A stretch of 64,000 bases of DNA, taken from positions 43,032 to 107,031 of the forward strand of contig CAWEES010000002.1 of NCBI GenBank assembly GCA_963808245.1, given 5' to 3'. Of this stretch, positions 24,380 to 35,501 are shown in pieces. The notes below the pieces were generated by a model, which had not been told where the DNA came from, made no database searches, and saw only the letters and a program-made list of their open reading frames with translations. This stretch comes from an uncultured Bacteroidota bacterium. GTDB lineage: Bacteria; Bacteroidota; Ignavibacteria; Kryptoniales; JAKASW01. Position 1 is the stretch's first letter, and every line of letters begins with the position of its first letter. A program made the translations under genes and the position numbers.

Positions 24380-26557
24380 TCATAAATTAATAGGCTCGCC
24401 GGTTGAAAGCGAGTTAATTATTTTAAAGGTCGTTAACGTGGTGTTGACGAGCTCATCGAAAGTTATCAATGGGTGTCTATCCGACGCAGCTGATTGGAGA
24501 AATGCCGCCACTTCATTACCGATTCCCTTGTCAACTTTTCCGCTCCCCTTCTTCATTTTCTTCCCGTTCCTGAAGAAATAAACGTGCTGAAAATTATCTA
24601 TTACAGCGGCGCGCTTTGCCGAGGTCACTTCAATTCGCTCCTTCGGAAGCGCGGAATCACCGTTGGCAACATAAGTGATTACACCAAGCGATCCATTCTT
24701 CATGCGCAGGGTAATGCTCACATTGTCGTTATTGACGATCGATGAATTAGCGGAAGAAATCGATTCGGCGTAGACTTTTTCCACACGGGACTTCGTCAGG
24801 AATTGAATTAAATCCACGAAGTGGCACACCTCGCCGACAATTCTTCCGCCTCCCTCGACGGGGTCTTGTGTCCAGTGGTTTTGCGGAACATAGCCTGCGT
24901 TGACCCTGTAATTGATGACCAGCGGTTCGTTGACATCGGCAAAAAATTTCTTTACTTCGATTGCGAGCGGGGCAAACCGTCTATTGAAGCCCACCATAAG
25001 CACCGGGCTGTTCTTTTCATCCGAACCCCTGCAAATCTGCCCGATGGAAATGAGCTCGTTCTCATTCAAAGCAAGCGGCTTCTCAACGAAAACGTTCTTG
25101 CCGGCCTTAAGACCTTCGAGGACAAGAGAGGCATGCAAGTTATGACGAGTCGCGATAAATATGGTTCCGATTTCATTCCTGGAGAAAATGTCTGCAGGAT
25201 TCGTGGTGACCGAAGCGAAGTCGAATTGCTGCTGCGCTGTTCTCGCACTGATTCCGGAAGCAGTACATACCGTATCAAGCCGGACGTTCGGAATTGTTTT
25301 CACTGCAGGGAGGAGGCTTGCTTGCGCAAAAGTTCCTGCTCCGATAAAGCCGATTCCCATCGGATGTTTCTTGAAACTTTCAGACGAATTTCGAATTTCC
25401 ACTTTTGAATTCAGGCTTTCGACTTCATGGATTTCTTTCTCATATTCTAGAAGAATTCCGATGTAAGTCTCCTTTGATTCGCCCGAAATCATTTTGTAAG
25501 CCTGTTGGGCTGATTCGATAGGGAATCGATGGGTAGTGAGGGCTTTGACATCCACCTTCTTGTCTCTCAGCAGGTTGACAAACTCTTTTATGTTTCTGTT
25601 TTCCGTCCATCGCACATAACCGATGGGGTAATCCACTCCTCCCTCTTCATAACCCGAATCATATCTGCCGGGTCCATACGAGCGCGATAGCTTGAACTCC
25701 AGTTCTTTCATATAATACGGCTGACGCGGGATGTTCATCCCCGTCGCGCCTATCATCACAATTCTTGAGCGGTCTCTTGCTATTTCCCCGGCAAGAGAAA
25801 CCGGATCGCTCGACCTTGTTGCGGCGGCAATCACGACTGCATCCGCACCATAACCATCAGTGAACGAACGAACAATTTGCGCGACATCCGCGCTTCTTTC
25901 ACAACTGTTGTCCGCGCCGACTTTTTTCGCAAGCAGTACACTGTCAGGATTCGTATCGATTCCCAAAACCCGGCAGCCGTTCGCTTTGAGAATCTGCACG
26001 GCAAGCAAACCAACTAACCCAAGGCCGATGACTACAACATTCTCGCCGAGGGTCGGGTTTGCCTGTCTCACTCCTTGCATCGCGATTGATCCCAAAGTCG
26101 TATATGCGGCTTCATCGAGTCCGACTTCATCCGGGACTTTCACGGCAAGATTCTTCGGCACGAAGACGATATCCGCGTGACTCGCATATCCTGCTCCCGC
26201 ACAGGCAACACGATCCCCGACTTTGAAACCTGATATATTCTGATCCACCGCGATCACGACGCCGGCGCTGCTGTACCCCATCGGTTTTCCCGTATCCAGC
26301 TTCGACATGACTTTCTTATACGTGGCGAGAAAACCGTTTTGCTTGATCTCTTGTAAAACCTTTTTCACATCATCGGGTCGAGATCGAGCTTTCTGAACCA
26401 TGCTCATCTTTACGAGATCCACGGTGCTTTTTTCAGTTCCCGCACTTATTAATGAGTAATGATTCTTGACGAGCATTCCGCCCGACTTCAATGCAGGTGC
26501 CGGTACGCTGTCAACTTTAAGTTCACCTGATTTCATGTTTTGAATTACTTGTTTCAT
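24380..26557 (-). CDS. bi-domain oxidoreductase: N-terminal zinc-type alcohol dehydrogenase (MDR) fused to C-terminal Gfo/Idh/MocA oxidoreductase
   Basis: 725 aa. The MDR Rossmann motif is VVVIGLGLVGLL, the second Rossmann motif is IGFIGAGTFAQ, and a Gfo/Idh/MocA-type EKP motif (VFVEKPLAL) is present. Confidence 0.8.
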   Translation of the reverse strand: MKQVIQNMKSGELKVDSVPAPALKSGGMLVKNHYSLISAGTEKSTVDLVKMSMVQKARSRPDDVKKVLQEIKQNGFLATYKKVMSKLDTGKPMGYSSAGVVIAVDQNISGFKVGDRVACAGAGYASHADIVFVPKNLAVKVPDEVGLDEAAYTTLGSIAMQGVRQANPTLGENVVVIGLGLVGLLAVQILKANGCRVLGIDTNPDSVLLAKKVGADNSCERSADVAQIVRSFTDGYGADAVVIAAATRSSDPVSLAGEIARDRSRIVMIGATGMNIPRQPYYMKELEFKLSRSYGPGRYDSGYEEGGVDYPIGYVRWTENRNIKEFVNLLRDKKVDVKALTTHRFPIESAQQAYKMISGESKETYIGILLEYEKEIHEVESLNSKVEIRNSSESFKKHPMGIGFIGAGTFAQASLLPAVKTIPNVRLDTVCTASGISARTAQQQFDFASVTTNPADIFSRNEIGTIFIATRHNLHASLVLEGLKAGKNVFVEKPLALNENELISIGQICRGSDEKNSPVLMVGFNRRFAPLAIEVKKFFADVNEPLVINYRVNAGYVPQNHWTQDPVEGGGRIVGEVCHFVDLIQFLTKSRVEKVYAESISSANSSIVNNDNVSITLRMKNGSLGVITYVANGDSALPKERIEVTSAKRAAVIDNFQHVYFFRNGKKMKKGSGKVDKGIGNEVAAFLQSAASDRHPLITFDELVNTTLTTFKIINSLSTGEPINL

Positions 26558-26880
26558 CGGTTTCTCATTAAATGTTATCGAAAAATTTCAAAAGAGATGT
26601 TTGACATGTACTTTTCATTTGCACGATGATATTTCAATTGAGATTGATATCGGGAAGAATTGGTCATCAAGGCATGGTACAAAAGGGAAATCGCTCATTC
26701 GTATAGGAAAAATATATGCTTCCGGGAAGGAAAATACAATTTACTTTATCTGACTACACACTCATGACAGTCCCTTATTCTGAGTATAAAGGACCGGCTT
26801 CGGATTAAAGTTTTCGATGGGAGCTTTGAAACCACTGAGAAATTCCGCGAGACTTTGACAAGCCTTACATGACTTGAATG

Positions 26881-27705
26881 TTATGGGGTCAAAAAGGCCG
26901 CGTGTATTAGATATTGTATCTTCATGTGGTCAGAGATGAAACCTAGCAGCCTGTTCTTGAGTTTTACATCTTTCTCCAATCGTCTGAAATACAAATACTC
27001 GCCCAGCACCTTAATTCTCTTGTCCCACGAGTTCATTTCCGCTGCGTTCAATATGCCCCATTTCAGGAATGAATTTTCGTCCATGCCGGCATTCTTTATC
27101 ACCAATTTGTTGGCCATTTCGACGCCTTTGGGAGAACATGCATCGAAAATAATTTCACTCCCCGGGAAGTTATCTGCTAAGCCGGTCAAAAAATTCTTCA
27201 CCTGATCCTCTTCGAAATAATACAATACGCCTGCGGCGATAAAAAGCACTGGGCCTTCTATTTCCAGCTCCTTGAACCAGCAATGATCTATGAGGGAAGC
27301 AGCGATAAATTGTCTCCTCTTATTTTCAAGGATAAAGTTCTTTCTTAAATCGATGACATCGGGAAGATCGAGGTCGTACCAGCGGAGGACTCCGTTATCA
27401 ATCCTGTCGAATGTCGTATCAAGTCCGCAGCCAACGTTAACGATCGTTGATTTGGGATAGTCCCTCAGGAATTTCGAGATTGTTTCGTCTATCAATAAGC
27501 TTCGCGCTATCCACGCGAGCTGGGTGATGTCCCTGATATTTCTTGTTATAGTAGAGAAGTCATAATCGATTTTGTCGATAATTTCAACCGCAAGGTTGTC
27601 GACGAGCAAAGGTTTTTTCTTTTTTGTCTCGACCGCGCGCCCCCAAAGGGGAAGGAGGAGAGTTTTTTGGACATTACCAAGGTCAATAGATATTTTGGGA
27701 TTCAT
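26881..27705 (-). CDS. class I SAM-dependent methyltransferase (TcmP/LCM-type O-methyltransferase family)
   Basis: 274 aa. SAM motif I is IVNVGCGLDT, and the protein shows the overall COG3315-like pattern (PLWGRA..., WYDLDLPDV). Confidence 0.7.
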   Translation of the reverse strand: MNPKISIDLGNVQKTLLLPLWGRAVETKKKKPLLVDNLAVEIIDKIDYDFSTITRNIRDITQLAWIARSLLIDETISKFLRDYPKSTIVNVGCGLDTTFDRIDNGVLRWYDLDLPDVIDLRKNFILENKRRQFIAASLIDHCWFKELEIEGPVLFIAAGVLYYFEEDQVKNFLTGLADNFPGSEIIFDACSPKGVEMANKLVIKNAGMDENSFLKWGILNAAEMNSWDKRIKVLGEYLYFRRLEKDVKLKNRLLGFISDHMKIQYLIHAAFLTP

Positions 27706-27762
27706 CTTTATTGATACGGAGTTCTGTTTCGCTATTACTCTCCGGCCGATTGCCGAAACTTG

Positions 27763-28173
27763 TTATCTCCGATTTTGCCGCGATTCCTGTAAATCGACCA
27801 TGGTTCGCCATACGGCCAACCATTTATCTCCTGTCCGTTCGAACGCCCAGATATCTCGCCCGACTGATCGAGCCCGGTAGGCTGAGCGATCGTAAATCAT
27901 CTCGAACTTAAAACTCGCGACAGCCACTTTGTCTATCACATTTATATTTTCTTCGGACTCCGAATATTGTACCACCTGAGCGTTTGCATCAAATTCCACA
28001 AATCCTGCAAGGAATGTGTGCCGCCCGACAACTTTTTCTTTGAAGCCCGGTAGAGCCATGGTTATATCGGGGTGCAGGTATTCATACATATCCATCGGCT
28101 TCCCGTTGCGCCACGCGTTGTTGATTGCCGCCAATATGTTATGTATCTGTATTTCGGGAATGGGAACTTCCAC
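27763..28173 (-). CDS. SnoaL-like / DUF4440 (NTF2-fold) protein
   Basis: 136 aa. The C-terminal GRDIWAFERTGDKWLAVWR is typical of the DUF4440/SnoaL cone fold. Confidence 0.65.
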   Translation of the reverse strand: MEVPIPEIQIHNILAAINNAWRNGKPMDMYEYLHPDITMALPGFKEKVVGRHTFLAGFVEFDANAQVVQYSESEENINVIDKVAVASFKFEMIYDRSAYRARSVGRDIWAFERTGDKWLAVWRTMVDLQESRQNRR

Positions 28174-28413
28174 AGTAAATCCTCCTAATCATTTCGACTC
28201 GCAATGATGTTTCTTCTTTATGTTTTCCTACGAAGCTCTCTCGGCTTGGTAAGAATTAACTGTTGTGGACGCTCTGCGTTCGCGAAGCACAGCTGAATAT
28301 CATCTCGCATTTTACTGTGCCATTTTGACAAATATAACTCAGCTGACGGGAAAATCAAATTCCGGACAATCGAGAATCCTCTTCTACTTTTGATCAGTCT
28401 TCCATAAGAGATA

Positions 28414-30405
28414 TTATTTACCTTCTCGGAAGAGCATTCCTGGTGGAATAATCTGTTTCTCTAATCCCGGTCCTTCAATACTTGCATCTAATGCCATTCC
28501 TCCGGACGCCTGAAAGAACGTAACTTTTATTTCGTGGTATCCCGCTTTTAAAAATATGCTTCCCGATAATTCTTCCGGCGCATGCTGACCGTCATTTGAA
28601 ACCAGCAGGCCTTTGTCGAGATATAGGCTTGAGCCGTCGTCGGAGTTTAAGTAAAAAGTATATTCACCATCGTGGGGAATCTTTATGTAACCTTGATATT
28701 GGACGCCAAAATTCTCGCCCGAGTTCTTTTGCGGCAGAGAGAAGTTTTCAATTTGTCCCCTACTAATCGGGGTCAACAAGTCGAAATTAGGCAGCTCCTC
28801 CCATGTCCCTTCATAGTATTCGTAATCAATTCCATGTTCGGGGTTCTTGAGCTCAATTGCCGGAGGCGTTTCCAGAGTTCCGTCAACCTCCAATACAATC
28901 ACGGACATCGGCGGCATATAGACAACCAGACTATTTCCTTCGGTTCTGAAATCCGTGAAACTCTTTGGAATCACCCGATTGGGGTTTTCAAAAGTGTTCT
29001 CCGCATTCATCTTATCGGCTGTTAATATTCGACCCGAGACGTTGTCACTCTTAAATTTCAGGAATCGTAATGAGACTGTTTGCGTAGAATCCGGATCGAC
29101 ATTGCACAACGAGACATGCATTTTACCGTTCCTGTCTATGGAGGCGGAGGCATTAACGACAGGGAGTTCTTCTCCTTTAAATGAGTACTCTCTGGTGGTC
29201 AGCTTCATCGGAACCCATTTTGCGTCCTGGTGAACTTTGAAAAGGTCAAATACATAATAAGTTGGAGTTAAAACTATTTTGTTGCTATCGGTAAGAATCA
29301 TTGATTGTAATACATTCACCATCTGTGCAATGTTCGCCATCCTGACACGATCGCAATGGTTATTGAAGATGTTCAAATTGCAGGCCGCGGCAATTGCGTC
29401 TCTCATTGTATTCTGCTGGTAAAGGAAAGCAGGGTTAGTGCCTGGTTCGACTGCGTACCATGTCCCGTACTCGTCGACCTCCAACGCGACTCTCTTTCCG
29501 GGATCATATTTATCCATAATTGCGGAATGCTTTGTAATCAGCTCGTCCATCTTGAGTGTGCTCTTGATTATATTGAACCAGCCCTGCTCATCGAAATCCG
29601 CGGCAGGTTTTCCATTGGCGAATGAGTAGTAATGGAGAGACAAGCCGTCGAAACTGCTTCTCGCGTTCTTCATCAAGACTTCGGTCCAGTTGTAATCACT
29701 TCCGGATGGGCCGCACGCAATCTTAAAAACTTTATTGTTGCCGTAGTTCTTGATAAAAGTCCCGAACCTTCTTACCTGGTCCGAGTAGTATTCCGGAGTC
29801 ATGTTGCCGCCGCATCCCCAGCTCTCATTGCCCAGCCCCCAATATTTTACTCCCCAGGAATTGTCGCGTCCGTTCTTCTTGCGAAGCTCCGTCATCGGGC
29901 TCACGTTGTCCGAGTTGACATACTCGACCCATTGAGAGAATTCCTGTACAGTTCCGCTTCCGACGTTTCCGGTGAAATATGGATCGCATCCGACAAGTTT
30001 GCAGAACTCTAAGAACTCGTGGGTACCGAAACTGTTGTCTTCGGTGACATTACCCCAGTTTGTATTTATCATTTTGGGCCGAAGGTCGCGCGGTCCGATG
30101 CCGTTCTCCCAATGGTATTCATCAGCAAAACATCCCCCGGGCCACCGCAATACCGGGACTCTTATTTCTTTCAACGCGTCGATGACATCTTTTCTCATGC
30201 CGTCGATGTTCGGGATTGGAGAATTTTCCCCGACCCAAATCCCTCCATAAATGCAATGACCGAGGTGCTCACTGAATTGCCCGTAGATGTTTTTATCAAT
30301 TTTGTATCTGAGACTCGACGCATCGAGAACGGCTTCGTTTACCTGTGCGTTTGAAAGAGATGCGGTTATCGAAATTAGAAGAGCCAAAAATAAAAGACGT
30401 TTCAT
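28414..30405 (-). CDS. secreted GH51 alpha-L-arabinofuranosidase with C-terminal PA14 domain
   Basis: 663 aa with a signal peptide. GH51 motifs are [24 protein letters not shown] and the acid/base region [12 protein letters not shown]. The C-terminal [28 protein letters not shown] is PA14-like. Confidence 0.85.
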   Translation of the reverse strand: MKRLLFLALLISITASLSNAQVNEAVLDASSLRYKIDKNIYGQFSEHLGHCIYGGIWVGENSPIPNIDGMRKDVIDALKEIRVPVLRWPGGCFADEYHWENGIGPRDLRPKMINTNWGNVTEDNSFGTHEFLEFCKLVGCDPYFTGNVGSGTVQEFSQWVEYVNSDNVSPMTELRKKNGRDNSWGVKYWGLGNESWGCGGNMTPEYYSDQVRRFGTFIKNYGNNKVFKIACGPSGSDYNWTEVLMKNARSSFDGLSLHYYSFANGKPAADFDEQGWFNIIKSTLKMDELITKHSAIMDKYDPGKRVALEVDEYGTWYAVEPGTNPAFLYQQNTMRDAIAAACNLNIFNNHCDRVRMANIAQMVNVLQSMILTDSNKIVLTPTYYVFDLFKVHQDAKWVPMKLTTREYSFKGEELPVVNASASIDRNGKMHVSLCNVDPDSTQTVSLRFLKFKSDNVSGRILTADKMNAENTFENPNRVIPKSFTDFRTEGNSLVVYMPPMSVIVLEVDGTLETPPAIELKNPEHGIDYEYYEGTWEELPNFDLLTPISRGQIENFSLPQKNSGENFGVQYQGYIKIPHDGEYTFYLNSDDGSSLYLDKGLLVSNDGQHAPEELSGSIFLKAGYHEIKVTFFQASGGMALDASIEGPGLEKQIIPPGMLFREGK

Positions 30406-30459
30406 TGCTTCACCTTTCTATATCAAAGATAATATTCCGAAAGTTAAAATAATTTCGGG

Positions 30460-33300
30460 CTATTTAACTTTTTTAATCGTCATGGATTTGTTTTTATAAA
30501 TAACCGCCTGCGATTTAGTGCTTTCAGACAAGAATGGATGAGGACTCTCTTTTCCTATCCATACAATTCGGAACGTCCGATTAGCGGGCATTCCCGGATA
30601 AAATCCGGCGGGCGCACTAATCGATAGTTCACCACTGCTGTTGTCGTAGTGTATTTGTATTTCTGAATAAATCCCTTTTTCATAATCGTTGTTCTCATTC
30701 TCATCTTCATAGAGAGTAAACTCTGCGTCCTTGCCCTCGTAAACATAAAGTGTAATTGTTCCATCTGTTTTTTCCTCCGCGTACTGGATTTCGGGGCCGA
30801 CCGGAATGATAGATCCTTCGCGGACAAACAATGGAATTTTATCAAGCGGCGCCTGAGCGGTTATGGACTTACCGCCATCGTAGTGTTTCCCGGTATAAAA
30901 ATCATACCAACCGCTTCCGTCCGGCAAATAGACTTCTTTAGTTCGGTCTTTGTAAGTTGTTACGGGAGCCACAAGGAGCGACGGGCCAAACATGTACTCG
31001 TTGGAAAGATTCTCAACATTTTTGTCCGAGGGAAAATCCATTTCAAGGGCGCGCATCATCGTGTAGTTCTTTAAGTAAACCATCCCAGCCAATGAATAAA
31101 TGTACGGCATTAGTCTATAACGAAGTTTCGTCACACCTACCATCGCATCATATTCTATGCTTCCTTTTGGGGCAAGGTTGAAGATCTCCCGGAAGGGAAA
31201 CTGGCCGTGTGAACGGTAGAGAGGACAGAATGCTCCGAACTCGTACCAGCGGGTAAGAAGCTCACGCCATTCTGCGAGTTCGGCTCCCTTCGCATTGATA
31301 AATTTGTTCGGGACTGCAAAACCGCCAATGTCGAAAGTCCAATAGGGAAGGCCTGACATAGAATAATTTAATCCGGCGGGAAGTTGTCCCTTTAAATCGT
31401 TCCAGGTGGATCCGATGTCGCCGCTCCAGACAGCAACACCGTACCGCTGGGATCCGGCGTATGCCGAGCGGCTGAGAATGAATACCCGATTGTTGGCGTT
31501 CTCCGACATCAGACCGTTATAAACCCCCTTGCAGTGCTCAAAGGCATAAGCGTTAAAATATTCAGCTCCCGGACCGAGCGCCGTAGGATCCATGAGATAT
31601 TTTCTGGTGTCCATTGACAGGTTTGAGTTCATGTCCGGCTCGTCCGAGTCGATCCACCATGCGTCGATGCCGAGCGGATAAAGTTTTTCATCTATCATCT
31701 GCCAGAATAATTTTCGTGCATCCGGATTAAACGCATCATAAAATGTGGACAGGTACCCTTTGCCAACCCAGTCTCTGTTATTCAAATCCAGATTCCCGAT
31801 GTAAAGGTATCCCTTATCCATCATTCTGTCAAAATTCTTTATCCCTTTGTAAAATTTTGCCCACACGGAAACCATGATATGTTCATGAAGTTTGTGAACG
31901 TCGTCGACCATGGCTTTGGGGTCCGGATAGCGAGAGCTGTCGAATTCCATGCTCCCCCATTGATCTTCTCGCCAGTAAAACCAATCCTGCACAATATTGT
32001 CGAATGGTATTTTTAATTTGCGATACTCGTTTGCAACCTGTAAAAGCTGGTCCTGGGTTTGATACCTTTCCCGGCTTTGCCAAAAGCCGAACGCCCACTT
32101 CGGCGGAATAGAAGCCTTTCCTGTCAATTGACGATATCCGCTGATGACTTCATCCATATTTTCCCCGTCAATGAAGTAGTAATCGATCTGGTTCGCATAT
32201 TCCGAATAAAGAGACAAATCGTTCTGATCCTTCGAACTAATTGGGGTCTTAACCTTTAACGAGATGTAAGCTTCTTCACCGTCAGGAATCCATTCGATCC
32301 TGACAGGATATTGTTTCCCTTTTTCCAGTTGGAGATTAAATAAATACACGAAAGCATTCCATGATTGCCTCCACCTATCGACGACCAGCTTATTGTCAAT
32401 CCACATTTTGCAGTGGCCGGAAGAGTAGAGGCGGAATTTCCATAAACCAGTCGAATCCGCTTCGAATGAACCGCTCCAGCTGACTACACCATTTGCGAGG
32501 GAATAACCAGCAGGGAAATTCTTCAAGTCGGATAGGAACTCGTAATTGATTTCCGACTCGTTCCGTACGACGAATACCTTCGATGTGTCCAGAGAATCAT
32601 AATAAGTCGCAGTTAAGCCGCCCTGTTTCCCGTTTTCATTGTAAAGATTAAACGCCGACAACGGACCGAATTCACGTGGGTCGCCGAATTTCGTCCTGGA
32701 GTAATTATCCCATAGTATCCCGTAATTCTTGTTCGAAACCACAAACGGAATCGAAATTTTGGTATTATACTGGTACAGGTCAACGTCTTGACCTTTATAG
32801 TTGAACAGGCCTTCCTGCTGCTGACCGAGTCCGTAGAATGCTTCATCGGAGAGGGATTCAAACTTCTGTCGGATTCTGAAAAGGTTTTTATTTTCTATGA
32901 TAACAGGCTCAATAGTTTTTCCGCCTCCTTTGAGTTCAGTGAGAATCGGTTTTCCCATCGGATCGCAAAATACAAGCGCCCCCGTTTTAGTTGAGATTTT
33001 CACCAGTAATGCAGCAGTCTTAATGACAAGCGTGTCTCCTGACTCTTCCGTGGAGAATTGCACAGGCGGGAATCCTTTCGGTTCGATCATTAGGCTCCGT
33101 ACGTTTGAGAATGAGTCCGAACTAACCGCGCTAACACGGATTATTTTATCGGTGATGGGCTGGATCCTAACGAGCTTGACCCCGCCCGTTACCGTATCGG
33201 TCACAGAGATTATGACGCCACCCTCAGTCAAGCGATATGGTTTTTGAGCATTAACTGTTAGAGAAGTAATTCCCAGCAAAAAAAGGATCAGCAATTTCAT
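30460..33300 (-). CDS. secreted GH31 glycosidase (alpha-xylosidase-like) with inserted PA14 domain
   Basis: 946 aa. The GH31 catalytic region is GIDAWWIDSDEPD, followed by SRSAYAGSQRYGVAVWSGDI. The PA14-like insert is GLTATYYDS...GLWKFRLYSSGHCKMWIDNKLV. This architecture is known from Bacteroides xyloglucan-PUL GH31 alpha-xylosidases. Confidence 0.8.
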   Translation of the reverse strand: MKLLILFLLGITSLTVNAQKPYRLTEGGVIISVTDTVTGGVKLVRIQPITDKIIRVSAVSSDSFSNVRSLMIEPKGFPPVQFSTEESGDTLVIKTAALLVKISTKTGALVFCDPMGKPILTELKGGGKTIEPVIIENKNLFRIRQKFESLSDEAFYGLGQQQEGLFNYKGQDVDLYQYNTKISIPFVVSNKNYGILWDNYSRTKFGDPREFGPLSAFNLYNENGKQGGLTATYYDSLDTSKVFVVRNESEINYEFLSDLKNFPAGYSLANGVVSWSGSFEADSTGLWKFRLYSSGHCKMWIDNKLVVDRWRQSWNAFVYLFNLQLEKGKQYPVRIEWIPDGEEAYISLKVKTPISSKDQNDLSLYSEYANQIDYYFIDGENMDEVISGYRQLTGKASIPPKWAFGFWQSRERYQTQDQLLQVANEYRKLKIPFDNIVQDWFYWREDQWGSMEFDSSRYPDPKAMVDDVHKLHEHIMVSVWAKFYKGIKNFDRMMDKGYLYIGNLDLNNRDWVGKGYLSTFYDAFNPDARKLFWQMIDEKLYPLGIDAWWIDSDEPDMNSNLSMDTRKYLMDPTALGPGAEYFNAYAFEHCKGVYNGLMSENANNRVFILSRSAYAGSQRYGVAVWSGDIGSTWNDLKGQLPAGLNYSMSGLPYWTFDIGGFAVPNKFINAKGAELAEWRELLTRWYEFGAFCPLYRSHGQFPFREIFNLAPKGSIEYDAMVGVTKLRYRLMPYIYSLAGMVYLKNYTMMRALEMDFPSDKNVENLSNEYMFGPSLLVAPVTTYKDRTKEVYLPDGSGWYDFYTGKHYDGGKSITAQAPLDKIPLFVREGSIIPVGPEIQYAEEKTDGTITLYVYEGKDAEFTLYEDENENNDYEKGIYSEIQIHYDNSSGELSISAPAGFYPGMPANRTFRIVWIGKESPHPFLSESTKSQAVIYKNKSMTIKKVK

Positions 33301-33614
33301 CTTATTTTACCTCGAAAGTTAAGGAGAAAGAAACACGATTCAGATAAAAAATAATCACTTTGCGCGTGAAACAAAATTTTCAGAAGAGAGAAAAGGGATC
33401 ATCTGGGGCCAAATTCGAATAGGGTAGTTGCAAATAACTCACGCGTCATTTCTCGTGTATTCCTGTTGGGAATGACAAACCCACTTCCTTTTGAGAATTT
33501 CAAAATGACATCCAGATGGAGAGAGCCTAATCAACTTCAAGGGGGTTCTGCTCGATTCTCCTTAATTAATTTTCGTTCATTGCTCAGGTATAAAGTCGGA
33601 TTTATATTGGTTTT

Positions 33615-35492
33615 ATGAGAGGAAAATCGATAGCGTCGTCTGTTCTTATTCTCGTTTATGCGTCGCTGACGTATGCCCAGAATGTAGATGTGGACGAACT
33701 TAACAAGCTGAGGATTGCACAGGCGCTCGAACAGGCGGGGGAGTATGGAAAGGCCCTAGATTTTTACAAGCAGCTTTATCAGTATTTGCCGGGTAACTTC
33801 GTGTACTTTGACGGACTCAGGCGCACTTACATGGATCTAAAAATGTACGATGATGCTAAGGCACTCCTTCACGGTAAATTGAAGATCGATTCTACAAATA
33901 TCGTCATGGTGTGCCAGCTTGGCGATGTATATTTTAAGAATGGACAACAAGATTCAGCGACGATTACGTGGAGCAGGGCTCTGGCAATTGAACCGAAAAA
34001 CTCCAATGCATATAGAATTGTTGCGCAAACAATGGCGGACAATAGACTTTTCGATAATGCAATTGAGGTTTATCGTAAAGGCGAGGCATCAACTATTCCC
34101 AAAGCAGTTTTCTCGAATGAGATCGCCAGGCTATATTTTCTCGATGCAAATTACGGTGCCTCATTGCATGAGCTCTTGAAACAACTACAAGCGCCTCAAA
34201 CTCCCTATGTTTTGTCAAATATAGAATCGCAAATTGCGGCGTACAGCTCCAGTAAAGAAGCGGTCGATCAGTTCACAGCCGAAATGGAGAAGCAGGTGTT
34301 AGATCAACCTGATGACAAAGATTATCGACAGTTGCTTGGCTTCTTGTACATGGAGACAAAGAATTACCCTGCGGCGTACATGACTTACAAATGGCTCGAT
34401 GATCATTCGGGTACACCTGGTTCGGAGCTTTTTCAGTTCGCAGCGAGGTCGTATAACGACGAGGCTTTCGATGTCGCGGCTGCAGCTTTTAAGGAAGTCT
34501 CGGTTCTCTCCAAAGACCAATCGGTGATTGTCCAATCGCTGGTTGGAAATGCGCATTCACTCCGAATGCTGGCCGAGAAAAACTATTCCGAAGATGACCT
34601 TCCTTGCATGGCGACAGATTCGCTGGATGACTTGAATCGCGCCCTCACGGCATATGAAAAGATAATCGAGCAGTATTCGGGCACGCAGTACTTTAGTGCC
34701 GCCGTCTTGAATTCGGCGGAGTTAAAGATGAACTACTTCCATGATTTTACGGGGGCCGAAAAACTTTTATCAGACTACAGCGATCGAATTGGACCCATGA
34801 CGGATGATTGGACTCTGATGCGAGTCCAACTTTTTATGAAAGAAAGAAAATTTCAGGATGCTTTTTCTACTTCGCTGGGAATGATCCAATCGAGTTCGCC
34901 GGGAGTTCAGAGTATGTCGCTCCCCAATGATCCTGTCGGGAGCTTTCATGACAGGATTGAGTTTCAAGCAGCAGTGGCACTCTACTATTTAGGGTTATAT
35001 GACAGTGCTGCATTTTATCTGAACAGGATAACCTCAAATCCGATGTCCGATGCCGCCAACGAGGCGATTCAACTTTTGAATACCATTACAAATAACCGGG
35101 GGAATCCTCCGGCTCTCAGAGCATTTGCGTCGGCATCGGCGATGGAGCAATCTTATCAAATTCCCGAAGCATCCGCCGCACTTGAGAAACTGCTGAATGA
35201 ATATCCGAACGCTCCATTGGCAGATAATGCGAGATTCAATTTGGCGGCGGATTATTGCAGGATGGGCAACACCGCGGCCGCGTTGAAGGGTTATTCGATG
35301 CTTGCAGAAGACAGCACTGGAGTCTTTGCGGACCGGGCTGATTTCAGAATTTGCAGGATATACCAGGAAACTTTGCATCAGGACGGGAAAGCCGTCGCCG
35401 AATACGAGAATTTTTTGACGCGCTACCCAAATTCCATTTATCAAAATAGAGTGCGCGATATACTGAGAGATTTGCTTGGCAAGAATTCATGA
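33615..35492 (+). CDS. secreted tetratricopeptide-repeat protein
   Basis: 625 aa with a signal peptide and multiple TPR-like A..Y......A helices throughout. Confidence 0.7.
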   Translation: MRGKSIASSVLILVYASLTYAQNVDVDELNKLRIAQALEQAGEYGKALDFYKQLYQYLPGNFVYFDGLRRTYMDLKMYDDAKALLHGKLKIDSTNIVMVCQLGDVYFKNGQQDSATITWSRALAIEPKNSNAYRIVAQTMADNRLFDNAIEVYRKGEASTIPKAVFSNEIARLYFLDANYGASLHELLKQLQAPQTPYVLSNIESQIAAYSSSKEAVDQFTAEMEKQVLDQPDDKDYRQLLGFLYMETKNYPAAYMTYKWLDDHSGTPGSELFQFAARSYNDEAFDVAAAAFKEVSVLSKDQSVIVQSLVGNAHSLRMLAEKNYSEDDLPCMATDSLDDLNRALTAYEKIIEQYSGTQYFSAAVLNSAELKMNYFHDFTGAEKLLSDYSDRIGPMTDDWTLMRVQLFMKERKFQDAFSTSLGMIQSSSPGVQSMSLPNDPVGSFHDRIEFQAAVALYYLGLYDSAAFYLNRITSNPMSDAANEAIQLLNTITNNRGNPPALRAFASASAMEQSYQIPEASAALEKLLNEYPNAPLADNARFNLAADYCRMGNTAAALKGYSMLAEDSTGVFADRADFRICRIYQETLHQDGKAVAEYENFLTRYPNSIYQNRVRDILRDLLGKNS

Positions 35493-35501
35493 GGTGATAC
35501 G

